The notes under the pieces were generated by a model that did not search any database, had not been told where the DNA came from, and was given only the letters and a program-made list of their open reading frames with translations. A stretch of 64,000 nt of DNA from an uncultured Ignavibacteriales bacterium (GTDB taxonomy: Bacteria > Zixibacteria > MSB-5A5 > GN15 > JAAZOE01): the NCBI GenBank assembly GCA_964611355.1, contig CAZSYD010000007.1:1-64000 (forward strand). The letters run 5' to 3'. Positions within the stretch are counted from its first letter, which is position 1; the number at the start of each line of letters is the position of its first letter. This document shows positions 1 through 10,469 of this stretch, in pieces. The position numbers and the translations under genes were made by a program.

Positions 1-26
1 ATTGAACCTGCGGGTTATCTTTTTTA

Positions 27-110
27 TGCGGAAGGCGGGAGTTGAACCCGCACAGGCATTAGCCCGCCACCCCCTCAAGATGGTGTGTCTACCAATTCCA
101 CCACTTCCGC
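27..110 (-). tRNA. tRNA-Leu (anticodon GAG), CCA not encoded
   Basis: Reverse complement reads GCGGAAGTGGTGGAATTGGTAGACAC...CCATC-TTGAGGG-GGTGG...GCGGGTTCAACTCCCGC-CTTCCGCA: acceptor stem, D loop, GAG anticodon, long variable arm, TTC loop. secG followed by tRNA-Leu(GAG) is a conserved arrangement. Confidence 0.95.
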
Positions 111-120
111 ATTGAAATTT

Positions 121-537
121 TTATTGCGAGTCGGGTGTTGCTTCGGTTGCGGCAGGCGTGTTGAAAATATCTTCCGGCGTTGTGCCTTCGCCTTCCTGCG
201 GCATAGCCTGCTGCTGGGCCGCCTGTTGCTGCTGAGCGGCCATATCCCGCTGAGCCGCTTCGGTTACAACCGATTCGGAAGCTACGCCGGCCGTGCTGCG
301 ACCACTCGATAAAAGCGATAAAGTCAGGCAGGAAACCATAAAAAGAACCGCCAGTATGGTGGTCGCCCTGGATAAAAACGAAGCTGCGCCGCGCCCGCCA
401 AAAACAGCCCCGGTTACGCCGCCACCGCCGCCGAAGGCGCCGGCCAGGCCTTCACCCTTGGCCGACTGCATCAACACCACAATAACCAGCGCGATGCAGA
501 TCAGGACATGAATTATAAGAAGAATTGGAAATAACAT
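121..537 (-). CDS. secG: Preprotein translocase subunit SecG, with an acidic/Gln-rich C-terminal tail
   Basis: Two TM helices with VLMQSAKGEGLAGAFGGG...FLSRATTILAVLF; directly downstream of tpiA. Confidence 0.93.
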   Translation of the reverse strand: MLFPILLIIHVLICIALVIVVLMQSAKGEGLAGAFGGGGGVTGAVFGGRGAASFLSRATTILAVLFMVSCLTLSLLSSGRSTAGVASESVVTEAAQRDMAAQQQQAAQQQAMPQEGEGTTPEDIFNTPAATEATPDSQ

Positions 538-549
538 TGATCCTCCGGC

Positions 550-1305
550 TTATTTCATCGCTTGCACAATCGCCGTAAATTCGTCCGCATCAAGGCTTGC
601 GCCGCCGACCAGGGCTCCGTCGATATTATCTTTCTCGAAAAGACCATCGGCGCTGCTCGCCTTCACCGATCCGCCGTAAAGAATCGTCACCCGTTCGGCG
701 GTATCGTTGCCGTATTCGTCGGCAAGGAGCCCGCGTATATAAACGTGAACTTCTTCGGCCTGTTCGGGCGTCGCCACTTTTCCTGTTCCGATTGCCCAAA
801 CCGGCTCATAAGCGATGACCGTCTTTTCAATATCCGCCTCAGACAAAGAATCGAGCGAGCCTGTTATCTGCTCCTCGATCACTTTTTCGGTAATTCCGGC
901 TTCGCGCTGTTCGAGCTTTTCGCCGACGCATACAATCGGCGTCAGGCCGACCGTCAGAGCCTTCTTTGTTTTAGCGTTGACCTTCCGGTCAGTCTCCGAA
1001 AAAAGCGTCCTTCTCTCGGAGTGACCCAATATAACGTGACTGCAACCGCTTGTCAACAGCATTTCAGCCGAGATCTCGCCGGTGTATGCGCCCGAGTCGG
1101 CATCGTGCATATTCTGGCCGCCGATGAGGATGTCGCTGTCTTTGAGCGCCATAGCAACCTCAGCCAGAACAGTGAACGGCGGACAGATAATCACCACCGG
1201 ATCGGTTACGCTCCCTACGCTTTTCCTGAGAGCCTCGATCAGAGATTTGGCCTCGACGATAGTCTTGTTCATTTTCCAGTTGCCGGCGATAATTCTTTTT
1301 CTCAC
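550..1305 (-). CDS. tpiA: Triosephosphate isomerase
   Basis: IIAGNWKM, GHSERR, AYEPVWAIGTG, YGGSV and LVGGASL motifs. Confidence 0.98.
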   Translation of the reverse strand: MRKRIIAGNWKMNKTIVEAKSLIEALRKSVGSVTDPVVIICPPFTVLAEVAMALKDSDILIGGQNMHDADSGAYTGEISAEMLLTSGCSHVILGHSERRTLFSETDRKVNAKTKKALTVGLTPIVCVGEKLEQREAGITEKVIEEQITGSLDSLSEADIEKTVIAYEPVWAIGTGKVATPEQAEEVHVYIRGLLADEYGNDTAERVTILYGGSVKASSADGLFEKDNIDGALVGGASLDADEFTAIVQAMK

Positions 1306-1314
1306 GTCAGGCTC

Positions 1315-2523
1315 CTATACCGAAACCTCAACATCGGTTAAAGCGGCAATACCCGGCAGGGTCTTCCCTTCCAGGAATTCGAGCGACGCCCCGCCGCCGG
1401 TCGAAATATGCGTGATGCGGTCTTTGACACCGGCCTTGATGGCTGCCGCCGCCGAATCGCCGCCGCCGATGATCGATACCGCACCGTTGTCGGTCGCCTG
1501 GGCCATCTGCCCGGCCAAGCCAATTGTCCCGAGAGAGAACTTCTCGATTTCAAATACTCCCATCGGGCCGTTCCAGATAATCGTCTTTGACTTGGCAAGA
1601 ACATCCGAAAACCGCTTCAGCGTTTCAGGGCCGATATCAAGGCCTTTCATGCCGTCGGGTATGGAGCCTGCATCAACAATCATAACCTCGGCCGTCTCGG
1701 AAACATCGGACGCCACCACGCAATCGACCGGCAAAAGGAAATTGACATTATTGTCTTTCGCCTTTTCAAGAATTTCTGCGGCCAGATTGATTTTATCCTC
1801 TTCAAGAAGGGAATCGCCGATGTTTTCCCCCATTGCCTTGAGGAAAGTAAACATCATCCCTCCGCCGATGAGAAGATTGTCAACTTTGTCAAACAGGTTG
1901 TTGATGACATCGATCTTGCCCGATATCTTGGCCCCGCCCAAAACGGCGGTAAAAGGACGTCGGGGATCGGTCAATGCCCGGCCAAGATATTTCAGTTCCT
2001 TTTCGATTAGAAATCCCGCCGCCGCCCGGTCGAAGTATTTGGTTACGCCTTCGGTGGAGGCATGCGCCCGATGAGCCGAACCGAAGGCATCATTGACGTA
2101 TATATCAGCCAGCGAGGCCAGTTTTTTGGCGAATTCGGGGTCGTTGTCGGTTTCCTCCTTATGGAACCGGAGATTTTCAAGAAGTAAACACTGCCCATTC
2201 TTCAGATCGGCTGCTTTCTGTTCGGCTTCGGAGCCGATGCAATCGGAAGCGAACCTGACCGGCTTGTTCAACAGGTCGGCCAGATGCTCAGCCACCGGCC
2301 GCAGGCTCATCTCCGGAATAACCTTTCCTTTTGGGCGGCCAAGATGACTGCATAGAATCGCGCGCCCTCCGTCATCAAGTATCTTTTTAATAGTCGGCAG
2401 GGAAGCGATTATCCGGGTATCATCGGTTATTCGCTGTTGACCGTCGAGCGGGACGTTGTAGTCAACCCGCACCAGAACTTTTTGTCCGGCGAAGTTTATA
2501 TCTTTCACCATCAGCTTATCCAT
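1315..2523 (-). CDS. pgk: Phosphoglycerate kinase
   Basis: [33 protein letters not shown] and [15 protein letters not shown] motifs. Confidence 0.98.
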   Translation of the reverse strand: MDKLMVKDINFAGQKVLVRVDYNVPLDGQQRITDDTRIIASLPTIKKILDDGGRAILCSHLGRPKGKVIPEMSLRPVAEHLADLLNKPVRFASDCIGSEAEQKAADLKNGQCLLLENLRFHKEETDNDPEFAKKLASLADIYVNDAFGSAHRAHASTEGVTKYFDRAAAGFLIEKELKYLGRALTDPRRPFTAVLGGAKISGKIDVINNLFDKVDNLLIGGGMMFTFLKAMGENIGDSLLEEDKINLAAEILEKAKDNNVNFLLPVDCVVASDVSETAEVMIVDAGSIPDGMKGLDIGPETLKRFSDVLAKSKTIIWNGPMGVFEIEKFSLGTIGLAGQMAQATDNGAVSIIGGGDSAAAAIKAGVKDRITHISTGGGASLEFLEGKTLPGIAALTDVEVSV

Positions 2524-3604
2524 CGCTTTTCTCTATGACCTGCCCGTGCGGGATAGATTTTGCCAGATCAAAAGAATCATTACGACCGGAAGGCGATTCG
2601 GAAAAGCGACTACCCATCATCCGCGCGACCATTTCAACCATCCGGCTTGAGAAGCCCCATTCGTTGTCGTACCAGCTGAAGACCTTTGCCATTTTGCCGA
2701 AGGACATTGTCATATTGGCGTCAAAAACCGAAGAATGCGGGTTGCCGGTTACGTCGATGGAAACGATCGGGTCCTCGCAGTATTCCAGGATACCTTTCAT
2801 CGGGCCGGACGCAGCCTGCTTCATGGCGTTGTTTATTTCTTCGACGGAGGCTTCCTTTTTCAGCGTAACCGCCAGGTCAACAATCGAACTGCACGGCGTG
2901 GGGACGCGGATAGCACAGCCGTCCATCTTCCCTTTAAGCTGCGGCAGGACTTCCGCTACGGCCTTTGCCGCGCCGGTGGTAGTGGGAACCATCGACAGGG
3001 CGGCGGAACGAGCCCGTCGTAAATCACTATGCGGAGCATCAAGCAGCCGCTGGTCGGAGGTATAAGCATGGATGGTGGTCATAAAGCCTTTTTCAATGCC
3101 GAAACTGTCCGCCAGTACCTTGCAAATCGGCGCCAGACAGTTGGTGGTGCAGGAACCGATGGAGATGATGTCATGCCTGGCGGGGTCATATTCGCCGTCG
3201 TTGACGCCCAGGACAAAAGTGCCGTCGTGCTGCTTGGCCGGGGCTGAGATCAGGACCTTTTTGGCGCCGGCGCTGATATGTTTGGAGGCCGCTTCGCGGC
3301 TGCGAAAGAGACCGGTCGACTCGACCACTACCTGGGCCCCGAGATTCGCCCAAGGCAGATTGGCCGGATCGCGCTCAGCGCTGATCGGGAATGATTGACC
3401 GTCAACAATAAGATTGTTTTCGTCGTAGCCGACGTTTCCGGGATATTTCCCCTGAGTTGAATCGTACTTCAGAAGATGCGCCAGTGTTTTGGCGTCGGTA
3501 ATGTCATTGATACCGACTATCTCCACATCGCCATTTTGCATAGCCGCCCTGAACACCAGGCGACCGATACGTCCGAATCCGTTAATTCCCATTTTGACCG
3601 ACAT
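2516..3604 (-). CDS. gap: Type I glyceraldehyde-3-phosphate dehydrogenase
   Basis: [16 protein letters not shown] and WYDNEWG motifs. Start placed at ATG 3604, after a GGAGG RBS. Confidence 0.97.
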   Translation of the reverse strand: MSVKMGINGFGRIGRLVFRAAMQNGDVEIVGINDITDAKTLAHLLKYDSTQGKYPGNVGYDENNLIVDGQSFPISAERDPANLPWANLGAQVVVESTGLFRSREAASKHISAGAKKVLISAPAKQHDGTFVLGVNDGEYDPARHDIISIGSCTTNCLAPICKVLADSFGIEKGFMTTIHAYTSDQRLLDAPHSDLRRARSAALSMVPTTTGAAKAVAEVLPQLKGKMDGCAIRVPTPCSSIVDLAVTLKKEASVEEINNAMKQAASGPMKGILEYCEDPIVSIDVTGNPHSSVFDANMTMSFGKMAKVFSWYDNEWGFSSRMVEMVARMMGSRFSESPSGRNDSFDLAKSIPHGQVIEKSDG

Positions 3605-3628
3605 TTTTCCCTCCGTCTTTATCAATTC

Positions 3629-4309
3629 CTATTTTTTATGTAAATAGTACGCTACTCCAACCGAGATCGCCAAGCCGGAATAATCAGTGATTTCGGCCAG
3701 CGAATCGCCAAAATCGATCGGGTGGTACTTACTCGTAACGGTCATGCCTATTTGTTCCGAAAGGGGTATGTCAATTCCACCTCCAAAAACACATATAAAG
3801 GACGTTTCGGAGTCCTCAACCAGATCCGGATAAAGATATGATCCGGTACCGACGATGACATCGGTATTATGCTTTCCATATACAATTCCACCGCCGGCGA
3901 TTAAAAAAGGGTGAAAACTGCGTGATCGGCCGGAAAGCGGCGAAAGCTTAACCTGCAACAACATGGGATAAAGGTTTATTGGTCCGATGTAACGGTCATT
4001 CCCGACGAAAAAAGTAGCATCTCCCCGGCTGACCACACCCAGCGAAAGCTCCAGCATAATCATCGGCGTGAAACGATGATCATAGAAAAGTTCGGTATAG
4101 AAACTGGCGTCGGGGAAATCAGCCGTTACCGAACCGCTGACAATCTTATCTCCTTCGTCAATCCAGGCGCCGAGCCGGATGCCGGCCATAGAATACCGAG
4201 CATCGGTTATTCTGTCCGCCGGTCTTTTTTCGATGGCGAGAACTGAATCGGCGCTTATAAGCAGCAGAAATATTAATAGGCAGAATGAAAAAGCGCATTT
4301 CTTAACCAA
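3629..4309 (-). CDS. Outer membrane beta-barrel protein (OmpW/porin-like, about 8 strands)
   Basis: Signal peptide, amphipathic strands, HPFLIAGGG, FGGGIDI and a C-terminal SVGVAYY beta-signal-like end. Start (TTG ~4309) is uncertain. Confidence 0.7.
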   Translation of the reverse strand: MVKKCAFSFCLLIFLLLISADSVLAIEKRPADRITDARYSMAGIRLGAWIDEGDKIVSGSVTADFPDASFYTELFYDHRFTPMIMLELSLGVVSRGDATFFVGNDRYIGPINLYPMLLQVKLSPLSGRSRSFHPFLIAGGGIVYGKHNTDVIVGTGSYLYPDLVEDSETSFICVFGGGIDIPLSEQIGMTVTSKYHPIDFGDSLAEITDYSGLAISVGVAYYLHKK

Positions 4310-5348
4310 AGAACACCTCGGCGATTTCATATAATTGGTTATCAACGGTACGGGTTTTGCCGGCCATCTCAGAAAGCGGAACTGGTACTATCTGATCGCC
4401 CTTAAGGGCCACAAAGTAACCGAATTTCTTTTTATGCACCAGATCAATAGCCCCTATGCCATAACGCGTCCCCAGGATTCTATCAAAAGCGGTGGGCGAT
4501 CCGCCCCTCTGGATATGCCCCAAGATAACCACCCGAGATTCAAATCCAAGGCCTTTCTCGATTTCCCTGGCTACGTAATTGCCGACGCCGCCAAGCCGGA
4601 CGTTGCCGAATTCATCGATCGAATCGTCCTGAACAATAAACCCGCCTGAAGATTCTTTGGCCTGCTTAATTTTGGTACCTTCCGCCACGACGACGATGGA
4701 AAAATCTTTGCCTCGGTCATGCCGACGTTTCAGCAATCTGCATACAGATTCGAGATCGGCCGGACGCTCAGGGATAAGTATCATATCGGCGCCGCCGGCG
4801 ATTCCGGACTCGAGCGCAATCCATCCGGCATGTCGGCCCATTACTTCAACGACCATGACGCGGTTATGCGCTTCCGCCGTCGAATGCAGGCGATCAATCG
4901 CATCAGTAGCCGCACTCAGCGCCGTATCAAAACCGAAGGTTCTATCAGTTCCGCATATATCATTGTCAATTGTCTTCGGAACACCGATTACTCTTAGGCC
5001 CCGCTCATGAAGTTTTGCGGCCACACCGAGAGTATCATCGCCGCCGATGGCTATCAGGGCTTCAATACCGTGCTTTTCGAGGGTATCGATGATTTTTTCT
5101 TCACCGCCTTCAACCTTGAACGGGTTCGTTCGTGAAGTCTTCAGAATCGTGCCCCCAAGGTGCAAAATGCCGCTGGTAGCGGTAAGATCCAGGGGTCGCA
5201 CAAGTCCCTCTTCAAGCAGCCCTCTCCAGCCCTGATAGATACCGTAAATGACATATCCGTAGCGGGTTATTCCCTTCCTGGCAATCGCTCGAATTACAGC
5301 ATTAAGACCTGGACAATCGCCTCCGCCAGTAAGGATGCCAACTTTCAA
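4302..5348 (-). CDS. pfkA: 6-phosphofructokinase (group III), predicted PPi-dependent
   Basis: GGGDCPGLN, IGGDD, PKTIDND and VEVMGR motifs. TTG start at 5348 after GGAGG. Confidence 0.93.
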   Translation of the reverse strand: MKVGILTGGGDCPGLNAVIRAIARKGITRYGYVIYGIYQGWRGLLEEGLVRPLDLTATSGILHLGGTILKTSRTNPFKVEGGEEKIIDTLEKHGIEALIAIGGDDTLGVAAKLHERGLRVIGVPKTIDNDICGTDRTFGFDTALSAATDAIDRLHSTAEAHNRVMVVEVMGRHAGWIALESGIAGGADMILIPERPADLESVCRLLKRRHDRGKDFSIVVVAEGTKIKQAKESSGGFIVQDDSIDEFGNVRLGGVGNYVAREIEKGLGFESRVVILGHIQRGGSPTAFDRILGTRYGIGAIDLVHKKKFGYFVALKGDQIVPVPLSEMAGKTRTVDNQLYEIAEVFFG

Positions 5349-5378
5349 AATGTCCTCCAAAGACCCAGATTGTTTGTC

Positions 5379-5406
5379 AATATACCGGGGCAGGATATCC
5401 TGTCAA
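5379..5406 (-). promoter_or_regulatory. sigma70-type promoter for the pfk-OMP-gap-pgk-tpi-secG run
   Basis: TTGACA-16 bp-TATATT on the minus strand. Confidence 0.6.
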
Positions 5407-5509
5407 GGCAAAACCCCGGCTTGTAAATCGCCGACTACAAACAAGCACGTCAAACGAAAACATAATGGCAGACACAATTCAACCCGCCGTTTGGACTTCT
5501 TCTTTTCGC

Positions 5510-6676
5510 CTAATCTGCGTCCCTGCCGCTTTCAATCGCTTCGACCAGTTCAGCCCCTCGCGACATTTCCTCAATCTTTTCCCAATCCAGGCCTAAGGAC
5601 ACACCAAGCGAACGGGCCGCTTTTATCATTTGCGAATCAAACGGAACCGTCCTGACTTTGCCTTCTACGTCTCCCAGCGGGATAGACATTATATCGTTGC
5701 CCTTCAGGACCACCAGGCGGCCATACTTTTTCTGCGCCACCAGCCGGACAGCCTCGCAACCGAAATAGGTCGCCAACAGGCGGTCAAAAGGCGTTGGCGA
5801 TCCTCCCCGGACAAGATGACCCAATATGGTAACCCTGGTTTCCAAACGGGTAAGAGCTTCAATCTGTAAAGCCAACCGATTCGATACGCCCCCCAACCGA
5901 ACGGCATCGGGCGAGTTTTCCACCATCCGCTTGATAATCATTTCACCGCCTTCGGCTTTGGCGCCCTCGCCGATAACCACTATCGAGAAATTTTTGCCCA
6001 ATCGGTTGCGTTCCTTAATCTTCTCGCAGATCACATCGATATCGTATGGTATCTCCGGAATAAGGATTATGTCACCCCCACCGGCCAGCCCGGAGGCCAA
6101 GGCAAGCCAGCCCGCGTAGCGCCCCATTACTTCGACGATCATAACTCGATGATGCGATTGAGCGGTGGTATGAATCTTGTCAATGGCCTCGGTAGCGGTA
6201 ACCACTGCGGAGTCAAAACCAAAGGTTTGATCGGTACCGAACAAATCATTATCAATCGTCTTGGGAACACCGACAATATTGATTCCGATCTTACTCAAAC
6301 TGGCCGAAGCGTTCATGGTACCATCGCCGCCGATGGCAATTACGGCATCGAGACCAAGCCGCTCATAATTGGCGGTTAGATCCGCCGACCTGTCAAGATA
6401 AATATATTTATCTTTCTGTAGTATGGGAAAATTAAACGGGTCGGCTCGATTGGAAGTTCCAAGTATCGTTCCCCCCAAAGACAGGATGCCCGAAACCGAA
6501 CCTTTGTCAAGAGTAATATAATTATTCAGTATCAATCCTTCATAGCCATCTCTGAAGCCGATGACCGACATATTGTAGTCGTGAATGGCAGTCTTTACCA
6601 CCGCTCTCAGAACAGCATTGAGACCCGGACAGTCACCGCCGCCTGTTAAAACACCTATCTTCAATTTATCCTCCAT
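5510..6676 (-). CDS. pfkA: 6-phosphofructokinase (group III), predicted ATP-dependent
   Basis: GGGDCPGLN, IGGDG, PKTIDND and VEVMGR motifs. Confidence 0.93.
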   Translation of the reverse strand: MEDKLKIGVLTGGGDCPGLNAVLRAVVKTAIHDYNMSVIGFRDGYEGLILNNYITLDKGSVSGILSLGGTILGTSNRADPFNFPILQKDKYIYLDRSADLTANYERLGLDAVIAIGGDGTMNASASLSKIGINIVGVPKTIDNDLFGTDQTFGFDSAVVTATEAIDKIHTTAQSHHRVMIVEVMGRYAGWLALASGLAGGGDIILIPEIPYDIDVICEKIKERNRLGKNFSIVVIGEGAKAEGGEMIIKRMVENSPDAVRLGGVSNRLALQIEALTRLETRVTILGHLVRGGSPTPFDRLLATYFGCEAVRLVAQKKYGRLVVLKGNDIMSIPLGDVEGKVRTVPFDSQMIKAARSLGVSLGLDWEKIEEMSRGAELVEAIESGRDAD

Positions 6677-6693
6677 ACGTTTCTTTTACGGCA

Positions 6694-6721
6694 ATATTAC
6701 CGGCACAGGCTGGCCAGTCAA
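6694..6721 (-). promoter_or_regulatory. sigma70-type promoter of the second pfk
   Basis: TTGACT-16 bp-TAATAT on the minus strand. Confidence 0.5.
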
Positions 6722-6928
6722 GTATTTATGCCTCAATGAAATAATATCGACCAAGAAACGCATTATTTTATGGCTCAGTATTTGTCGAAATATATCTTCC
6801 CGATCGAGTAATCGATGAAAAGATTAAATTCCCTGAGGATTTGCAAACCCAAAAGACCCTCAATATAATCCGGCAATGGCAGGCCGGAAAAATCTTCGGC
6901 CGATTGCAAACCGGCAGTTTCCGATTAA

Positions 6929-8161
6929 TCAATATTCCTGCCAATGGTAATTCGCCAGAATTAACAAGCCGATAAGAACCCAGAAAAATACGAGGGAAGT
7001 TCCGCCATAGCAGACGAACGGCAGCGGCAGGCCGGTAACCGGCATAAGTCCTACCGTCATGCCGATATTGACCACCATTTGAAAGAAAATGATGGTGACA
7101 ACTCCCCAGGCTATGGTTCCCATAAAAGTAGAGCGGCACCTAACGGCAATTTGCATTCCCCGAAAAATAATAAAGGCAAACAAACCGATGACTATAACCC
7201 CGCCAAGAAAACCAAACTCTTCGCCAAGCACGGAAAAGATAAAGTCGGTATGGCGTACCGGCAGATATTCCAGTCGCGTTTGCGAACCGTTCAGGAATCC
7301 TTTTCCAAAGATGCCGCCCGACCCGATAGAGATTATCGACTGGATAATCTGGTATCCGGCCCGCTGGGGGTCGCGGCCCGGATCGAGAAAGATCAGTATT
7401 CTCATTTTTTGATAATCGGCCAGCCGATTCCAGATTAAAGGCGTCATCATGCCGAAGGCAAGGTTAGCTACCGTTGCCAGGACTCCAACCAGTAATCTGG
7501 GCCGTCCGACAAGCAACAGCACCAGCAGCAGAAAGAAATAGACCGCCCACGCCAGCCAGTGAAAAGCCGCGACCATCGATATTATCGGAGAGACAATCAA
7601 AATCAGATATAACGGAGAGAGACCGGAAAAAAACCACAGCGAAAACAGAAGTATAAAATATACCAGCGATGTTCCCAGGTCAGGTTGTCTTAGAATCAGC
7701 GCCGCCGGGACAATTACCAGAATAAAGGAAAAAGCAAGTCTTCTTACCGATTCGGGAGACAGTTTGGTATAGGCAAAAAAACGGGCAAGTGCGAGCAAAA
7801 CGGCCAATTTGGCGAATTCCGACGGCTGGAAGCTAATCGGTCCCAAGGAAAACCATCGAGCCGCCCCTGTTTGTCGTGATCCGACAAAAATAACCCCTAC
7901 GAGCAGGATCAACGCGAGCAGGTATGACAGATAGGCAACGAAATCATAAAAGCGCGGCGGCAACGACACGGTTATTGCAAAAGCAAACAGCGCGGCCGCT
8001 AACCAGACCAACTGTTTTAGGAAAAAAGTTTGCGCGGTAGGGTTGTCGTCATAATACTGAGCTGAAAATATCAAGCCGATTCCAATCAGAGAAAGTAACA
8101 ACGCCGCCCCAAAAAGCTTCCAGTCGATCTCCGCCCATCTGATACCGCTGAATGACCCCAC
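6929..8161 (-). CDS. rodA: Rod shape-determining protein RodA (SEDS peptidoglycan polymerase)
   Basis: GAARW, FQPSEFAK, QPDLGT, HTDFIF and GLPLPFVCYGGTS motifs; next to mrdA. Confidence 0.96.
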   Translation of the reverse strand: MGSFSGIRWAEIDWKLFGAALLLSLIGIGLIFSAQYYDDNPTAQTFFLKQLVWLAAALFAFAITVSLPPRFYDFVAYLSYLLALILLVGVIFVGSRQTGAARWFSLGPISFQPSEFAKLAVLLALARFFAYTKLSPESVRRLAFSFILVIVPAALILRQPDLGTSLVYFILLFSLWFFSGLSPLYLILIVSPIISMVAAFHWLAWAVYFFLLLVLLLVGRPRLLVGVLATVANLAFGMMTPLIWNRLADYQKMRILIFLDPGRDPQRAGYQIIQSIISIGSGGIFGKGFLNGSQTRLEYLPVRHTDFIFSVLGEEFGFLGGVIVIGLFAFIIFRGMQIAVRCRSTFMGTIAWGVVTIIFFQMVVNIGMTVGLMPVTGLPLPFVCYGGTSLVFFWVLIGLLILANYHWQEY

Positions 8162-8163
8162 CG

Positions 8164-9978
8164 TTACCTCTCTTTAGCCGCGGCCATATCGGTTCCGATA
8201 AGATTATGTTTTTCGAGATAGGCCTTAATAATGTTTCGAACCGCCGGGGCGGCGAATTCCGAGCCGTGCCCGGCGTTTTCAATAATGACACAGGCGACGA
8301 TTTCGGGATTCTCCGCCGGGGCAAAACCAACAAACAAGGAATGATCTTCACCGTGAGGATTCTGAGCCGTGCCGGTTTTTCCCGCCATGGTAACACCGGT
8401 TATTCGCGATCCGCGGGCCGTGCCTTTCTCTCCATGAATAACGGCGATCAACCCTTCTTTAAGCATTTCTATTGTTTCACCGGAAAACGGAAGGTTGAAG
8501 GAAAACTCTCCCCCATGCAGAGTTTCGCGCCCGTCAGGCCCGATTATCGACTTGAGAAGATGCGATTTGTAAACCCTTCCCTTGTTGGCCAAACCGCAGT
8601 AAAATTGAGTAAGTTGAAGAGGCGTTACCAGAATTTCTCCCTGGCCGATAGCCAGATTGAGCAATACCGCCTTGGTCCACTGACCGGCGCCGATTTTATT
8701 ATCATACCACTTTTTATCAGGAATAATACCGCGTGATTCCTGCGGTAGATCTATTCCGGTTTTTCGCCCAAAGCCGCAGGCCCTGGAAAACCGGTGAAAC
8801 TCGATTAGGCCAAGCTTGTACCCGAGCTGATAGAAATATACATCACACGATTCTTCTATGGCTCTGACCAGCCCTAATTTCCCATGACCCGGCGCATACC
8901 AGCACTTAAAAACACGATTGCCGAATCGATACCCGCCGGTGCAGGGAGAAAACGTAGTTTTCCGGTCAATCAATCCCAGTTCAAGGCCGGCCCCGGCGAT
9001 AACCGTTTTATATATAGAACCTGGGGGATAAAGACCGTCCAGGGGACGATTAAGCAGCGGATTATTAGGGTCGGTCAGAATTGAACTCCATAAACTGTCC
9101 GGCATGACGGTGGAAAAAATATTGGCGTCGTTGGGCGGGCTCGACACCATAGCCAGAATCTCGCCGTTACGCGGGTCAATCGCCAACGCCGCCCCGCAAC
9201 AGTGTTCCCCGAACGCGTCCGAGGCCGCTTTTTGAATATCGATATCGATAGTAAGCACGAGGTCGCTACCCGGCTCCGCAGGCACCCCCGGATGATCCTC
9301 CAATATCCCCAGCAGTTGCCCCGATGCGGCAATTTCAATATAATTTATGCCTTCCATTCCGCGCAATTCCCGGTCGAAGCACTTCTCTATGCCGGCCTTA
9401 CCGATTACTGTCCCGGTACGGTAAACAGACGCGTCGAGATTTTTCATCTCCTCTGACGATATTTCTCCGACGTATCCGGTGAAACACTCGATTCCAAACC
9501 CCTCGGCGTATTTTCGAACCTGATCCTTGCTGTATACGGCCCCCGGATAAAACTCATTTTGTTCTTCGAGAACAGCTACATTGGCAAAATCAAGATCACG
9601 CTTAATCAGGGCCGGTTGAAAACGGCCATTTTGATTTTTTTTAATTCGGCGCTTCATCTCATCATTGCTCATACCAAGGAGCGAGGTGAGCCGTTCAATA
9701 GTGGCCGTTCTGGAAACTTCGGCCGGCACTACCGCCAGAGAATACGAGGCCCGATTATCAATCAGGACACGTCCCTCGCGATCAAAAACCCGGCCTCGAA
9801 CCGGCGTTACCGGTTGAATACGAATGCGATTGCTTTCCGACTGGGCGTAAAAGTACGCCCGCCGAAAAGTCTGCAGATATAGCAGCCTCCCCAAAAGTAG
9901 CGCAAAAAACAGAGTGCATAGAACAACACCAATGACAAATCTTTGCTGCATTCTGAGACGTCGATGAGCCATAATCAA
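8164..9978 (-). CDS. mrdA: Penicillin-binding protein 2
   Basis: N-terminal TM, RGRVFDREG, PPGSIYK (SxxK), SCD and KTGTAQ motifs. Confidence 0.96.
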   Translation of the reverse strand: MIMAHRRLRMQQRFVIGVVLCTLFFALLLGRLLYLQTFRRAYFYAQSESNRIRIQPVTPVRGRVFDREGRVLIDNRASYSLAVVPAEVSRTATIERLTSLLGMSNDEMKRRIKKNQNGRFQPALIKRDLDFANVAVLEEQNEFYPGAVYSKDQVRKYAEGFGIECFTGYVGEISSEEMKNLDASVYRTGTVIGKAGIEKCFDRELRGMEGINYIEIAASGQLLGILEDHPGVPAEPGSDLVLTIDIDIQKAASDAFGEHCCGAALAIDPRNGEILAMVSSPPNDANIFSTVMPDSLWSSILTDPNNPLLNRPLDGLYPPGSIYKTVIAGAGLELGLIDRKTTFSPCTGGYRFGNRVFKCWYAPGHGKLGLVRAIEESCDVYFYQLGYKLGLIEFHRFSRACGFGRKTGIDLPQESRGIIPDKKWYDNKIGAGQWTKAVLLNLAIGQGEILVTPLQLTQFYCGLANKGRVYKSHLLKSIIGPDGRETLHGGEFSFNLPFSGETIEMLKEGLIAVIHGEKGTARGSRITGVTMAGKTGTAQNPHGEDHSLFVGFAPAENPEIVACVIIENAGHGSEFAAPAVRNIIKAYLEKHNLIGTDMAAAKER

Positions 9979-10469
9979 AAGAGTGATTTAAGCTTCTTGT
10001 AAGAAATGCGCCCCGATCGCATCACGAAAAATATCCAACCAATCAAGGCGCTGTATATTACGCTGAGGACGGGGCCTTGCAAGAAAATACCGACAAACTC
10101 GCCTTTACCGAAATGCGAATAGAGCAGAAGCCGGGGTATTGAATATACAAACAGGCCGGCCAGCACCAACAGGACCCGACTTTTCATCGACTCAAGATTA
10201 AAGTGATCCTTAATCCGCGCGGCTACGACGCCGATGATCGCAAGAATAATCATATGCACGCCCAGGTAAGATGGATCGGGAGCATCATAAATCAACCCGG
10301 CGGCAAAGCCGAACCATAAAGCTGTCAGACAATCCTTGTTAAGAGCCACCAAAAGGACAATCAGAGCGCTCAGATATATCTCCGCCCACATTATTGAAAA
10401 AAACTCGACCAAGATCGTGCGGTAGAAGGCAATAAGGAAAAGGTAGAGCAGATAAGGCACGAAACGCAT
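9975..10469 (-). CDS. mreD: Rod shape-determining protein MreD
   Basis: Polytopic 164 aa protein with GFAAGLIYD, between mreC and mrdA. Confidence 0.85.
   Translation of the reverse strand: MRFVPYLLYLFLIAFYRTILVEFFSIMWAEIYLSALIVLLVALNKDCLTALWFGFAAGLIYDAPDPSYLGVHMIILAIIGVVAARIKDHFNLESMKSRVLLVLAGLFVYSIPRLLLYSHFGKGEFVGIFLQGPVLSVIYSALIGWIFFVMRSGRISYKKLKSLF

Noticed and set aside
562..2074. Long plus-strand ORFs opposite tpiA/pgk, and similar ones at 24012-25862, 25953-28925 and 59647-60537
   Set aside because: Antisense shadows of well-supported genes; no recognisable motifs.
6768..6928. ORF or ncRNA in the rodA-pfk gap
   Set aside because: The tracked ORF overlaps rodA out of frame; only weak hairpins, with no promoter-terminator pair.
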